Shown here: positions 12,725 through 24,651 of the stretch, piece after piece
Layout of the letters: each line of letters starts with the position of its first letter
How positions within the stretch are numbered: position 1 is the first letter of the stretch
NCBI GenBank assembly: GCA_001642005.1
Contig: LWCA01000034.1
Span: 8,462 to 72,461 of the forward strand
DNA length: 64,000 nt
Source of the DNA: Intoshia linei
Taxonomy: Eukaryota; Animalia; Orthonectida
Direction: 5' to 3'
Position numbers and translations under genes: made by a program
Notes under the pieces: model-generated
Told to the model about the DNA's origin: nothing
The model's input: the letters and a program-made list of their open reading frames with translations, nothing else
Database searches by the model: none

Positions 12725-13152
12725 TTAAAATTCCAGTTTTACCTACCCTAAAAGGAAAATTCTACTTTTACCAACCTTTAAAGGAAAAATCTGGTTTTAC
12801 CAACTCTAAAAGGAAAAATTCCAGTTTTATTAACCCTAAAATGAAAATTCTAGTTTTACCAACCTTTAAGGGAAAAATCCAGTTTTACCAATCCTAAAAG
12901 GAAAAATTCCCGTTTTACTAACCCTAAAAAGAAAATTCTAGTTTTACCAACTTTTAATGGGGAAAATCCAGTTTTACCAATCCTAAAAGGAAAAAATCCA
13001 GTTTTACGAACCCTAAAAGGAAAGATCTAGTTTTACCAACCTTAAAGGGAAAATCCAGTTTTACCAATCCTAAAAGCAAAAATTCCTGTTTTACTAACCC
13101 TAAAAGGAAAATTCTAGTTTTACCAACCTATAAGGAAAAAATGCAGTTTTAC
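12725..13152 (+). repeat. Minisatellite, about 31-bp unit (GAAAATTC[C/T]AGTTTTACCAACCCTAAAAG), about 13 copies
   Basis: AGTTTTACC/AGTTTTACT recurs every 30-32 nt. Located between divergently transcribed CLUAP1 and SMG5. Confidence 0.9.
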
Positions 13153-13674
13153 AGAATTGCAGTTTATCCCATAAAATTTATATTTATTTATATATAATTT
13201 ATTTTTATATTAACCATTCCTGAAAAAATGGTGAACTATTTGCTACAAAAGCAATTATATATAATAATTTATAAAAAAGAAGAACCCTCAAACATTAATT
13301 ATATGATTAGGAAGTAATTAAATTTATAATTTCATATTTTTCCTTATTTGATTCTATTTTTTTAATAGTGAACATAAGAAATTTTTGAAATTTTAGTGTT
13401 CCTTATATTTGAGTCTCACTACTTCATAACTATTAAATTTTACTTTAAATTTTTTCATCAAAAAATATTTAAAATTTTATTTTTCTATTTTATATTCGAA
13501 ATTAAACGTATTTTTGAATATTTTTTTAAAATTTAATTAATATAATATCTAAATAACAATTAAATTAACATACACTTAATTACAATCTATTATAGTATAT
13601 GCACTTAATTATAAAAAAAACGTAATAATAATATAATAATAAATTGTCACTTAGAACTTAGTTGAAATTTTTCA

Positions 13675-13897
13675 TCTCATTTTGGATGTAATTATTCTTA
13701 CATTGATTTTAATTGTAATCACTATGTCGTTAATTATTCTTCGATTGAAACTAGCTATTTGTACATTGATTCTGACTATTCTTACTTTGAATTTAAATAT
13801 AATAATTTCAAAATGAATTTATATTTTTATTTTGAAACTATATTATGGTTAAATGAACCTGCGAATAACAATGATATTTTTAACAATTTAAACTCAG
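13675..13897 (+). repeat. Dispersed repeat, copy at about 32268-32492
   Basis: Near-identical CTCATTTTGGATGTAATTATTCTTACATTGAT...GGTTAAATGAACCTGCGAATAAC...TTAAACTCAG. Confidence 0.8.
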
Positions 13898-13907
13898 GAC
13901 TTCCATC

Positions 13908-14742
13908 TAGTGATTGTGCCGGGAAAAAAACCGGGACAAAATTTCCGGCATATTTAATAATTTCCGGAAATTAAATTTCTCGGAATTTTTACGATTATCC
14001 GGGATTTCCCGAAAAAAATTGAAACATTTGATTTATGTTTGTTATTACTATGATTATATTATAATATTTAAAATTTACCATTTCAAAAATCCCACCACTA
14101 ATAAAATTTAATCAAAAATTCATTCAATCATTTCAAGCCCTCATGGAAAAATTGACTTACACCGATATTCTTTTCAAAAATCCTATTTTACAAAATCTTA
14201 TGAAAAAAATTCATTTCATCTTACCACAAATAAAAAATCTAATTTTCCAGCCCTTAATGGAAAAATATCCTTATTCTAATACTTTTTTTAAAAGCCTCTT
14301 ATTCCAACCACAAATTACTAACGCTTAAGGGAATTATCCTCCTTATCCAATATCATTTTAAAAAATATTATGAGTTGCTACGAACTGTAACGCTATCATC
14401 AAGATTGTTAAAATTAAAGGAAGCCTTTATGACCGTTCAACCCACGTCAACACAAAATGAAAGAAATTTCTCTACTGCTTCTAATTTCATTACAAAACGT
14501 AGAACGCGTTTAAATGACGAATCTATCAATATTATGTGTGTTTTGAAACACTTTTTCAACAATCTAAAATAAATACATATTTTCTAATTAAATTTCTTTT
14601 TGTTTCGACAATTAATTAAGGTCTAAAATTTTTAATGCTTCTATATTATATATAAATCAAAATTTTTTATTTTTCCAGTGAAATTTAATTTTTAATTTCC
14701 CGGTTCTCGCTTTTGTCATTTCCCAGGAAATCACCATCACTA
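13908..14742 (+). mobile_element. Non-autonomous hAT element retaining a transposase C-terminal dimerization-domain fragment
   Basis: TIRs TAGTGATTGTG...CACCATCACTA. ORF 14375-14572 contains PTSTQNERNFSTASNFITKRRTRL, an ERxFS...RxxL hAT dimerization motif. Second copy at 36903-37561. Confidence 0.85.
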
Positions 14743-14898
14743 CTTCAGCCTAAAATTAAAAGTAACAATTGAGGCAATATCCATGAAAAGTAAACTAATT
14801 TTTCAAACTTAAGACTTAAAACTGAGTGACAAATTAAACGAAATTTAAATATTTTTAAAATAAAGTTGGCTTGAATAATTAAGAAAAATAAATAATAA

Positions 14899-17800
14899 AT
14901 GAGTCGCGAAATTTACAAGTATACCTTTAAATTTTAATAAATAATAAAAATTAATGTTATTATACAATTTAGGGAAATTTTGTGCCTGTCAGATGTAATG
15001 AACTGTAAGATGAATGAAATGAATTTCACCTGTGATGATTTGACTCAACCGAATATGGCCCACCTTCGCAAAAAGTATTTATCAGTTTAAATTCAGTAAT
15101 TTATAGATCGATAATATGATATAACATAAGTAGAAGGTGTGGTGTAAAGAGAAGTTAAATTTACTTTTGTTTAATATGCGAAATGTATTAATTTCTAATT
15201 TTTTCGTTTAATGCAGCTCGAGTAGAGATTGTTGTTAAATAAAATCTTTTATTAATATATTTTTCACTAAAATACACCATTTATACGCTAACCGTCCTTG
15301 ATTCTTCGATAGACTTGACACCCTAATCTACATGTATTTTAAATTTAGAATCGCACAATTTTGTCAAGATTTTTTACTTTTAAATATCAATACAAAGTTT
15401 ATAAAAGTTGTAGATATATTATGGAAATGTTATGCATATCAGATGATTACTAAATATCGAAAAGACGTAACATTTAATTTTTAAAATTAAACTTAAATTA
15501 TATTAAATTTAATAAATTTCCGTATAATTTTATAGAAACTAAAGTCTCCAAAATTGAAATACAATTTTTTTAAATACCAAAATTTTTTGAGTGAATGTGT
15601 CTGCTTTTATTTGAAACTATTACATCGATTGAAAAGTCGTTATATTCTTGAAAATACAATTCAATTCTCTGCAAAAATTGAACAAGACTATATATTTATA
15701 TGTAATAATTTTAAAATGTATTTGTTACTTATTTTTAGGGGACGATTCAGCACTTAATAAATTACCTCTGGAAGATTTTACCATTTTAAATGAAGCCATT
15801 TGCAATATTTATTGTCACATTGGACATTTATATAGATACATGACAAATGAAATCAAGAAGGGTCCATCAATTGAAATGAATAAATCTATTCTTATGTACA
15901 ATTTTGCTATATTTGCTTACCCAATGAAAGGAATCACCTTTAATTATCTTTCCATCGTAGCTCAATCGACAAATAATTATCTTGATGCGTTATATTATTA
16001 CATGAGATGGTATTTTATTTTTTTATTGTATTTTTGATTGGTATAATAATTAACTATTGATTTGCTAGCATGGATTCTTATCAACCTTATGACGGCCTCA
16101 AAACGAATATGTTAATGTATCACAAATGTATGCGATGTGACATTGCAAATTGGTATATTTTTCATTGTATTTCTTATTACTTTTGTGTTTAGTGCTTCCT
16201 CTATATGGAAAATCGACGAAGTTAATAAAATTATATTACTGTTTACAAGAAACATTATAAAAATTTTTGACGTGTACTTTACAAATGAAATATAGTTGAT
16301 TTTTTCAATTTAGCGATAAAATCAAAAGTAATTTCCACAATGTTAATGATATTTCTTCGCCATATATTAATGATCAAAAGTTTAAACAACTATTGTGTGA
16401 AATTACAACAAATTCAATTATCAAGGTTTATTTTTAAATTTTAAATTTCAAAATTTAGATTTCTACATGTACATTAATAATGTTGGATAATTGTAAATCT
16501 ATCGGTATTTTGGGGCTATCTTAGTTTTATTAGTTGTTTTTTAGATTATATTTTCAATGAGAGCATGCGATTTATGTATTGGTTATTTATTTTACTTGTT
16601 GATAAGGCCAATGATGTTTTTAAATCTTTATATATTGAAGATGTTATTTATAGTAATTTTAATTTGTTTTTTTATTAATTTTTTTAGATTTACAACAAGA
16701 TATTTCAACGCTACATTATTTACAATGTTTTGAATATTGTCCTAAAATTAAAAATGCGATTTTGCACAGTATTTGTGGTTTATTTTTAGTTTAAATTAAA
16801 TAATATTCAGAAAAAAAAGAGTAAATAGTTAATGTAACGTGACATTGACATTTTTTATGTATGTTAACTGGAAAAACCTGTATTAAATGTGATATTTTTA
16901 AACCTAAGACTTATATTCTATATTTTTATAAAAAAGGAAATTTGGGTTTTGACATCAATTTCTGAAAATGAAATTTAAGATAAAATATCACTCAAAAATC
17001 TTTAGAAATTGATGTTTTTAAAACCCTACACTACTTTTTTTAAAAAAATGAAATAAAAGGAAATAAGTTTTATTTAAAATTTTGATTAATTCGACTTTTA
17101 CAACACTTGGTGGACTGTAGTATTTTTATAAATCTTTTACTTATCCAGTAAACGAGTGTATGTCATGTATTATTTTAAAAACTATCCAGGATTTATGTTT
17201 TATAAAATTATAGTACGTTTCATTTTTTAAAAATGGGATAATTTGTGGTTTTGACCATGAAGGTGTGCGTTTCTGAGGCTGAGATTTACGACAATGTTAA
17301 TCGTTTTAAAACGCGTCTAAGAATGTATGTTTTATTAAATTTTTGTGTTGATTTATTGTTAAAAAAAAGGGAAAATTGGGTTTTTCACCATAAAGGACTC
17401 AAATTCGGAAACTGAAAAATAGATATAAACACGCACTGTGAAAAACGGTATTAGAAATTTATTTAAATATATTTATATATTAAATTCTACAACAGTCAAT
17501 GTTTTAAATAAACGGTTACGACACACACAGACATTCAATTTTATATAAGTCAAGGATACTTTTTGGCAGCTAGCTCTGCCGTGAGCGTAGGGTTGCCAAC
17601 TGCGTTATTTTCCCCCTGAGAATTCGGTTCAACTTAATGTTGGTAACCCGACGTGAGAGGAATTTTTAATTTTAAGACAAATCTTTTTTAATTGGTATAA
17701 TTAAGAGATTAAAAACTATTCGTTTTTTAATGTATTTATAATTATTACTTTTTGCATTATTTAATCAATATCTAGTAGATAATACATCAATTGACGATGA

Positions 17801-20800
17801 ATCTAGTGACGTTTCTTCAAAATCATCATCTATGACATCTTATGAATATCTTTCTGATGGCGAAAAAGACGTACAATATGAGTAATTTTTAAAATTTGAT
17901 TATCATATTTGATTGATATTTTTAATTCTGTCGTATTCAGTATTGGTCCAAAGTTGATTTTTTAATGGGTATGAGGAAATTCGGTGAAATGCCATTACAT
18001 TGTATTTAAAAGATCATTTTAGGTAGCCACTTAAATCTTGACTCTTAAAATTATAATCATCAATAAATACAATAGTGTACTACATGTATTTAGTAATTAA
18101 CATTACATAATTATGTAAAAACAAAATTCGATATAGTTTTTATTTTATTAAAATTGTATTATCTAAATCAGTGGCTCCCAAATTTTTTACATCATGGACC
18201 ACTTGTCAAAAAAAAAGAAGTGTCTGTGGACCACTTAATTTTTATAAAAATCGATTTAATCCGAAAAAATATTACTATGGTAACTTTTATTATTTATTCC
18301 TCCTTAAATCGAAAATTTTAAATATTAACTGTGGGATAGAGAAGATTTTACATTAATTAAAGTGGTTCTATGTCATAGTGAAATCTTAATTATGATCACG
18401 ATAACCGACTCCAGTGTCTTTCCCGAATCTTTTCTTTGAAGTTTAAACTCTACGAAATTTTGGTAAATGGGCCTTATTTTTCAAAAGTAAGTACTAATAA
18501 AATTATTTTCTTAAATATCAGCTATTTTATGTATCTTTTTTATTATTATTTTGGTTGCCTCTAGCTATTTAGATTCTAAATAGAAGGGTCACCAATGCTG
18601 ATACTACGGTTGACTTTTTTGTAAATTTTGGTAGTGGATACCGTTTTCTAGATTGAATATTTTCTTTAAAAATTATGAGAATTTTGTTTTTATTAATAAT
18701 ACATTTAGATACCTTGTAAATTTTCCTAAATATAACATTAATAACAAGGTTTTACTTTTTATGAACCCAGTTAAATCTGCCATTGTATCAGGTAATTAAA
18801 TTATATGATTTCAAATTAATTTTCATATTAAACTTTAGATTTTGAATATAATGAAGAAATTGTGAATATATGCATGGACGAAATTGAAAAAAAATCTAAA
18901 CCATATGACGAAAAGATCTATTTACGTAATTCAAAATTAAAAGATGGTAAGATACTACTGTTAAATATTAATTTAATTTATTAGAAAAAAAACTCACAGT
19001 TGACGTATTAAGGTATTTTCAATGGTATATAATTATAATTAATATATTTCCATTTTAGTTTAAAGAAAAAAATTGTTGCAGGAATAAACAATTTAATTGA
19101 AATTTTTTCAAGTGCTTCAATATTTGAAATTAATCTTTTTGTTACTTATTTATCTAAGGCTGACACTAAAATTTTGGATTTTATCGGAAAGGTAATATTA
19201 CAATGGAGTCTTAAATTTGAACTAAGGATAACGTTAAACAATAACTGATATGATTCAGTGACGACTTTCTAACTTGGGCTAGTCGGGCAAAACCCGAGTT
19301 GATATTTTTATATTTTTTGAAAAATTATAAAAATATTAAAAAAAATAAAATATTTAATATTTTCGAGTGTTAAATTTTTTAATAATTGTTAAATTAATTT
19401 CTAATTTGTAAATATGAACACAATTATATATTCAGTCTGAAATTCAGAAAAGATTATTCACTTGACAATCATTTGTAAGCGAAATATTTGCATAAATGTT
19501 TAAATTAAATCAATTTAAATACACATAACTCGGGCACATTTTCATTTGACTAGTAATAAATCTAAAGATTAAATTTATATTTACATCTAAAATTTTATGA
19601 GAAATTATTTATATTTTAGTTATGTCAATTTTAAATATCGTTACAAAAAATTTGAATCTTCATTTTATATTTATAATTTTCAGATTTAGTTTATATAATT
19701 ACTTCTTATTTGTAAATTTTTTATTGATATTTATTATTTTCAAATATAATTTGAAAAAAAAAATGTGTGGTTGTCATAGAAATTTTAGCCAGAGTCGCCA
19801 CTGATATGATTCTGTTATGTGACCATTTTTATTTAGAAACAATATGAAAAATCTTGCTTATTATTTAATTTTATCAATAAAATTCCATGCAATGAGATAC
19901 TAAAGAAAATTGGTTGATTTAATTAAACTGTAATGTTATTATTTTAGTCAAAACTTTTTTAAAATTTAAAACTGAATCAAATGAAAACATTATAAATTTA
20001 AATTGCGACTTTGATGAACTAAACGACATAAATTTAAATCTATATGCTACGGGAATGAAAATTTTCAATACGGACTCAAATGCGGTCACGTTTTCTAATA
20101 CAAAATTTGAAAATGAAAGCTTTTTTGATTCCAATTTTAGTATGGTATAAATATTTAAGACCTTATTGTATATGTCTAATTGCGAGTTTTAGAATTGTAA
20201 GAGGTTAATCAATTGTAAAAAATTTGTCGATAAAATGTATGAAAACTATTATAAAGATAAATATGAAAAAAATGAATACAAATTTTACACACGATACGAA
20301 GTTTTGATGTTATTATAAAATATTATTTTTGTTAGATGAAACCACGCACAATGCCGGTAAAAGGAGTCGGGTTAACAGAAAAAACAATGGAGAATTTGGC
20401 TGCTTTACGATTAAAAGATGACATTAAAAATTTGAAAATGAAAACAGATTACCAATATTTAAACAAACCGTTATTGGTATATATTCACTCTTCTTGTTTT
20501 TTCGAAGGAATGGTTAAATTGAAAAAAATTTACGATGTCATCGAGGAATGTATATTAATTATTCCATCGTGTGGTATTTAAAAGTACGACTTTTTCTTAT
20601 AAATGTAGCTATACAACAAATTGATCACGATAAGAAAACTGATGTAAATTGTCGAGAAGCAAACCGCTGGTTAGAATCTAAATTAGAAAGAGGCTTGTAA
20701 ATTAACCTTTAAATTTTTTAATATTATCTTTAGGGCAATTTTAACTCAACCAGATATGATTAATGTGGCTCATTTGAATAAAAAGTTTGTGTCAATTTAT

Positions 20801-21061
20801 GAATTTATTGAATTATTAGTTTTGAATTTATTTTGGATTGCATTTCATGGTGTAAGGAAAATAACGATTTAATTGAAATGTACAACGGAATACAATTTTT
20901 GTCTAGTTTTACAATGACAATGACTCAGTCCCTAAGGGAAAAGACTAAAAAATCTAGTATTAATTTTTTTTCCGTGTTTAGTCAGTAATTGTTTAGATAT
21001 TTCATTTTACAAATTGAAAGACTTTTATGATATTAACATGAAATTAGCAAATAATCGATAA
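14899..21061 (+). CDS. SMG5: SMG5 / EST1B nonsense-mediated decay factor (14-3-3-like TPR region plus degenerate PIN domain)
   Basis: Multi-exon. N-terminal ...PNMAHLRKKIAQFCQDFLLL...VVDILWKCYAYQMI; EST1 motif HIGHLYRY...YPMKGITFNYLSIVA...DALYYYMRCMDSYQPYDG; C-terminal MENLAALRLKDDIKNL plus PIN-like ILIIPSCAIQQIDHDKK...CREANRWLESKL; ends ...KLKDFYDINMKLANNR*. Internal exon boundaries only partly traced. Confidence 0.88.
19256..19803. mobile_element. hAT MITE in an SMG5 intron
   Basis: TIRs CAGTGACGACT...AGTCGCCACTG with perfect 8-bp TSD ATATGATT. Confidence 0.88.
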
Positions 21062-21112
21062 TTTTGTGGGTTGTATCATTTAAAATTGTTAATAAATATT
21101 TCTCGATTAAGC

Positions 21113-23087
21113 ATGTCTTATTTAACCGATAGAATTTACAAGGCCCGAAACAAATTTGAGAAACAAAAGTATAAAAAAGATACGGAATATTTTTATAGAA
21201 GATGCTTGGGATTGTATGAAAATGCAGCATTAGATTATGAAAATTATCAAGAAATGAGCAAAGATAAAAATATTGATGAGAATAAAATTAAAGGAAGGTC
21301 TTTTATTATAATTGTATTAGTTGAACTTTTTTCCTTCATTATCATGAATTTTATAATTGGAGCTCCAGTAATTTTTTATACGTATACTGGTGGTATAATG
21401 TTTTCATATGTTGAAAGTGAAAATGCTATTAAGGTTTGTTATGAAACGAAACAAACGTTTATTGATCTACAACTTTCCACGATAAATAATATTTTTGATA
21501 TTTATGATGCTTTTGGAAAGGATGATCTGCATAATGACAGTTTGAATATTAACTCTTTGATTAGTAAGGTTTTTTCTTTTTATTTATATTTTTGATAGAT
21601 AACGAAAATTATATTATGACTGCTACGGAATTAGCAAATTTTAATGTTACTTTGGCTCAAAATTCGACAAATACAAATACCAATGAAATTGATAATCCTA
21701 CGAGTGCCATGAGGGAAATTTTGGAAAGATTTATTATTAAAGTGAACGAAATTAACTATCGGTCTGGTTTATGTGAGGAGATATCGATAAAGGAATGGGG
21801 AGTAAAATCTGGATTCCTTTATGCATTGAGTATAATGTCTACTATAGGTATGTTTATTTGTATTTATACATTTTCTATTTTAAGGTTACGGACACGTAAC
21901 TCCAAAAACAATTTATGGTCAAATAGCGACAATATTATACGGAATAATTGGAATACCAATATTTTTGATATGGATTGCAATACTTGGAAGTTATGCGGCT
22001 CGATTCACTAAATTTGCATTATATTCAATTACAAAAAGTTTGTTTTCTTTGATATACTACACTTCAAAGCAAGAAGACAATGACCACCAAGAAAACGTAA
22101 TGACTATGGCTGAATTGGAGGATGAACAATACTGTCAAGATGATGTCATGGGAAGTACTAAACTAGCTTCTTTTCCTATATCTCTTGTTTTGATTATATT
22201 GGCTTTAAATTTTGTAGTGGGAATGTTCATATTTGTTAAAATTGAAGGAAGGTCATATTCAACAATGTTATACTTTTGCTTTATTACTCTTTCAACCATT
22301 GGATTTGGAGATATTGTTCCAGGGTTTAGAAATGATAGTGAAGTGTATTTGTATATTACTATTGCTTACATTATCATTGGAATCGCGCTTGTTTCTATGT
22401 GCTTGTCCCTCATTCAGGATCAATTGTATTCTAGCTTTGGTAATTTTTTATTATTCTATATAGTGGATATATTGTGTCTCAGGCTTGTCAACTGAGGTTC
22501 ATATGATATAAATTTTTAACTTTTTCTACCTTTAACCCAGTGACATGTTAGCATGTACATGAGTGTTCGCCAAATTATTTTTGAGTGCTGCCCTTGAAGG
22601 ACTAAAAAAATGTCGCGTCACCCTTCTAAAGAATTTAAAATTTGTTTTGTGGCATAGAAACCTGAAAAGATGCAGAAAACTATGCGAGAAGCTCTAAATG
22701 TTATTTTCTATCAACTCTTAAATATTTTATTAAGGATTGGCGCAAACACGAGCCTATCCAGTAGTATTAGCAATGCTGATGACATCATTGAAATACACAA
22801 TTAGATTTTCACACGTCATTACATGGACTGTTTACTTGTGCTGTCGTAAAAATGTTTAGGCTTTAATCGTTCCAATTTTATCATGTTCGATGACCCAAAT
22901 TCGGTCGTGAAGTTTGCAATGTAAAGTTTGCGTGATAGTATTTTTTTTAAATATTATCATGTCATCTAAATATTAATATTTTTATTTAGCTACATTAATG
23001 ACTAAATTCAATAAATTGCAAGTGAAAGTACGCAAAATGTTTGATAGGGGTAGCAAAACCCGACAAGAAATTGAAAGAATTTTATAA
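21113..23087 (+). CDS. Two-pore-domain (K2P/TWK) potassium channel
   Basis: Exons 21113-21568, 21599-21847, 21885-22439 and a probable last exon 22990-23087. Pore 1 STIGYGHVTPKT...LYGIIGIP is split by a 37-nt intron; pore 2 is YFCFITLSTIGFGDIVP; four TM segments. Terminal exon less certain. Confidence 0.93.
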
Positions 23088-24651
23088 TTTGATACGTTAA
23101 TTTCATCTCTAAAACTTGCACTTTAATTTATTTAAATTTGATATTCTAAATAAACTTTCATTTTATTGGATGGTAAAAATGAATCATTAGTAAGGATTCT
23201 TTACTTATTTATTGTAGGTAAAAGTTTGTCTGTGTGTAACGATTTAATTAGAAAAACAACAGCGTCAAAACTTTAAAGAATAAATGCCAAGTCATTTTTT
23301 CTGCTTCAGAAAGTAACATCATAAACAGAAGTTTAGAGCTTCACGGTAAAAACACCAAATTACCCATTAGTTTAAAAAATGAAATAAACATTGTTCTAGA
23401 ATTTTAATAAAATCGTATTGTATTGACTCACAGCTGAGATTAATATAATTCAATATAACATAAAATTAACCTATGGCAAGTTAATAACGAGGAAAATTAA
23501 TTGTTTTTCACCATTTATAAAACTTAATTATACAATTAATTCTGAACCGTACAGGATATTTTTGGTAAATTTAAAATATACTAGGCTCTATCAGCACCCT
23601 AAACCATGACTGGCGAATTGTATCATGGCCGTATGGAATCTATTTGAAACTTGAGAATAATTAATAAAATTTTGTTTGAAACTTTTCAAAAGATCTCGCC
23701 ACATCTTATTAGCCTAATATGATGTTGCTAAAAATTAGCAGCGAAATGTATTATGTACTATATATATCTATCTAGTTACTGCCATGTAAATTTATTTTTA
23801 CAAAGTAAACTTGACCAAAATAATTGATTATCTCTAATAAGTTATTAAATAACGCATGTATGTATTAATGAAATGCTTCAAAATGTTAATTCATTAAAAA
23901 TAACAATGTTTTTAACTAACAATAATAAATATTTAATGATAATAATATTAACGATTTAATTTCTCGAATTCTGGTTATTCACATTATTTAAATTGTATTC
24001 AAACAAAAAATAAAGCTAGAAACAAATTTAAAAAAATAAACTGTATAACTAAACATGGAGAACAATATTATAAAGTCGGTACCACGTTTAAAAGCTTAAA
24101 CGCCAATTTCCATTAAATTCAAATGGTCAAGCTAACTTCACCGTTAGGATTTGGCCGAAAATATTTTACAATAGTTATTATTTTAATAATACTATAATTT
24201 TAAGCCATAAGGATATTTTTTCTAAATACTCATGAGACACCTTAATGTACATTGTGCAATGTAATATAAACATCCATTTCAATGCCATAATAAAGTAATA
24301 AAACATATTGTTATTTATTAATTTTAATAATTAATACGTTCACTACATATGCATAAAATATATTTAAGTAGTAAAAATACAATAATGATTGGTAATAAAT
24401 TAATATTAATAAATATATCTAAAATTTAACAAATTGATAAAATATCCAGCAACGTAAATTTAAAATCCTAGCAATCTAAATAAAAATATTTCTTGTAACC
24501 AACAAATTTTAAAATGTTATTCGAATGGTTTACGTTTAAATGTTTGTGTATGAATCGCTTCAGTTTGTAAATTGACATAATTAGATTTTTTGTGAATCGA
24601 TTTTCAGTTACCGTATTAAGTATTGTTTATTTTATAGTCAAATTGTGAAAT

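Noticed and set aside
12616-12897. 93-aa ORF
   Set aside because: It is a translation of the minisatellite and has no ATG at its called start.
12725-13152. CRISPR-like array or telomeric repeat (units contain CCCTAA)
   Set aside because: No unique spacers, eukaryotic context, and CCCTAA is not itself tandemly repeated. This is a minisatellite.
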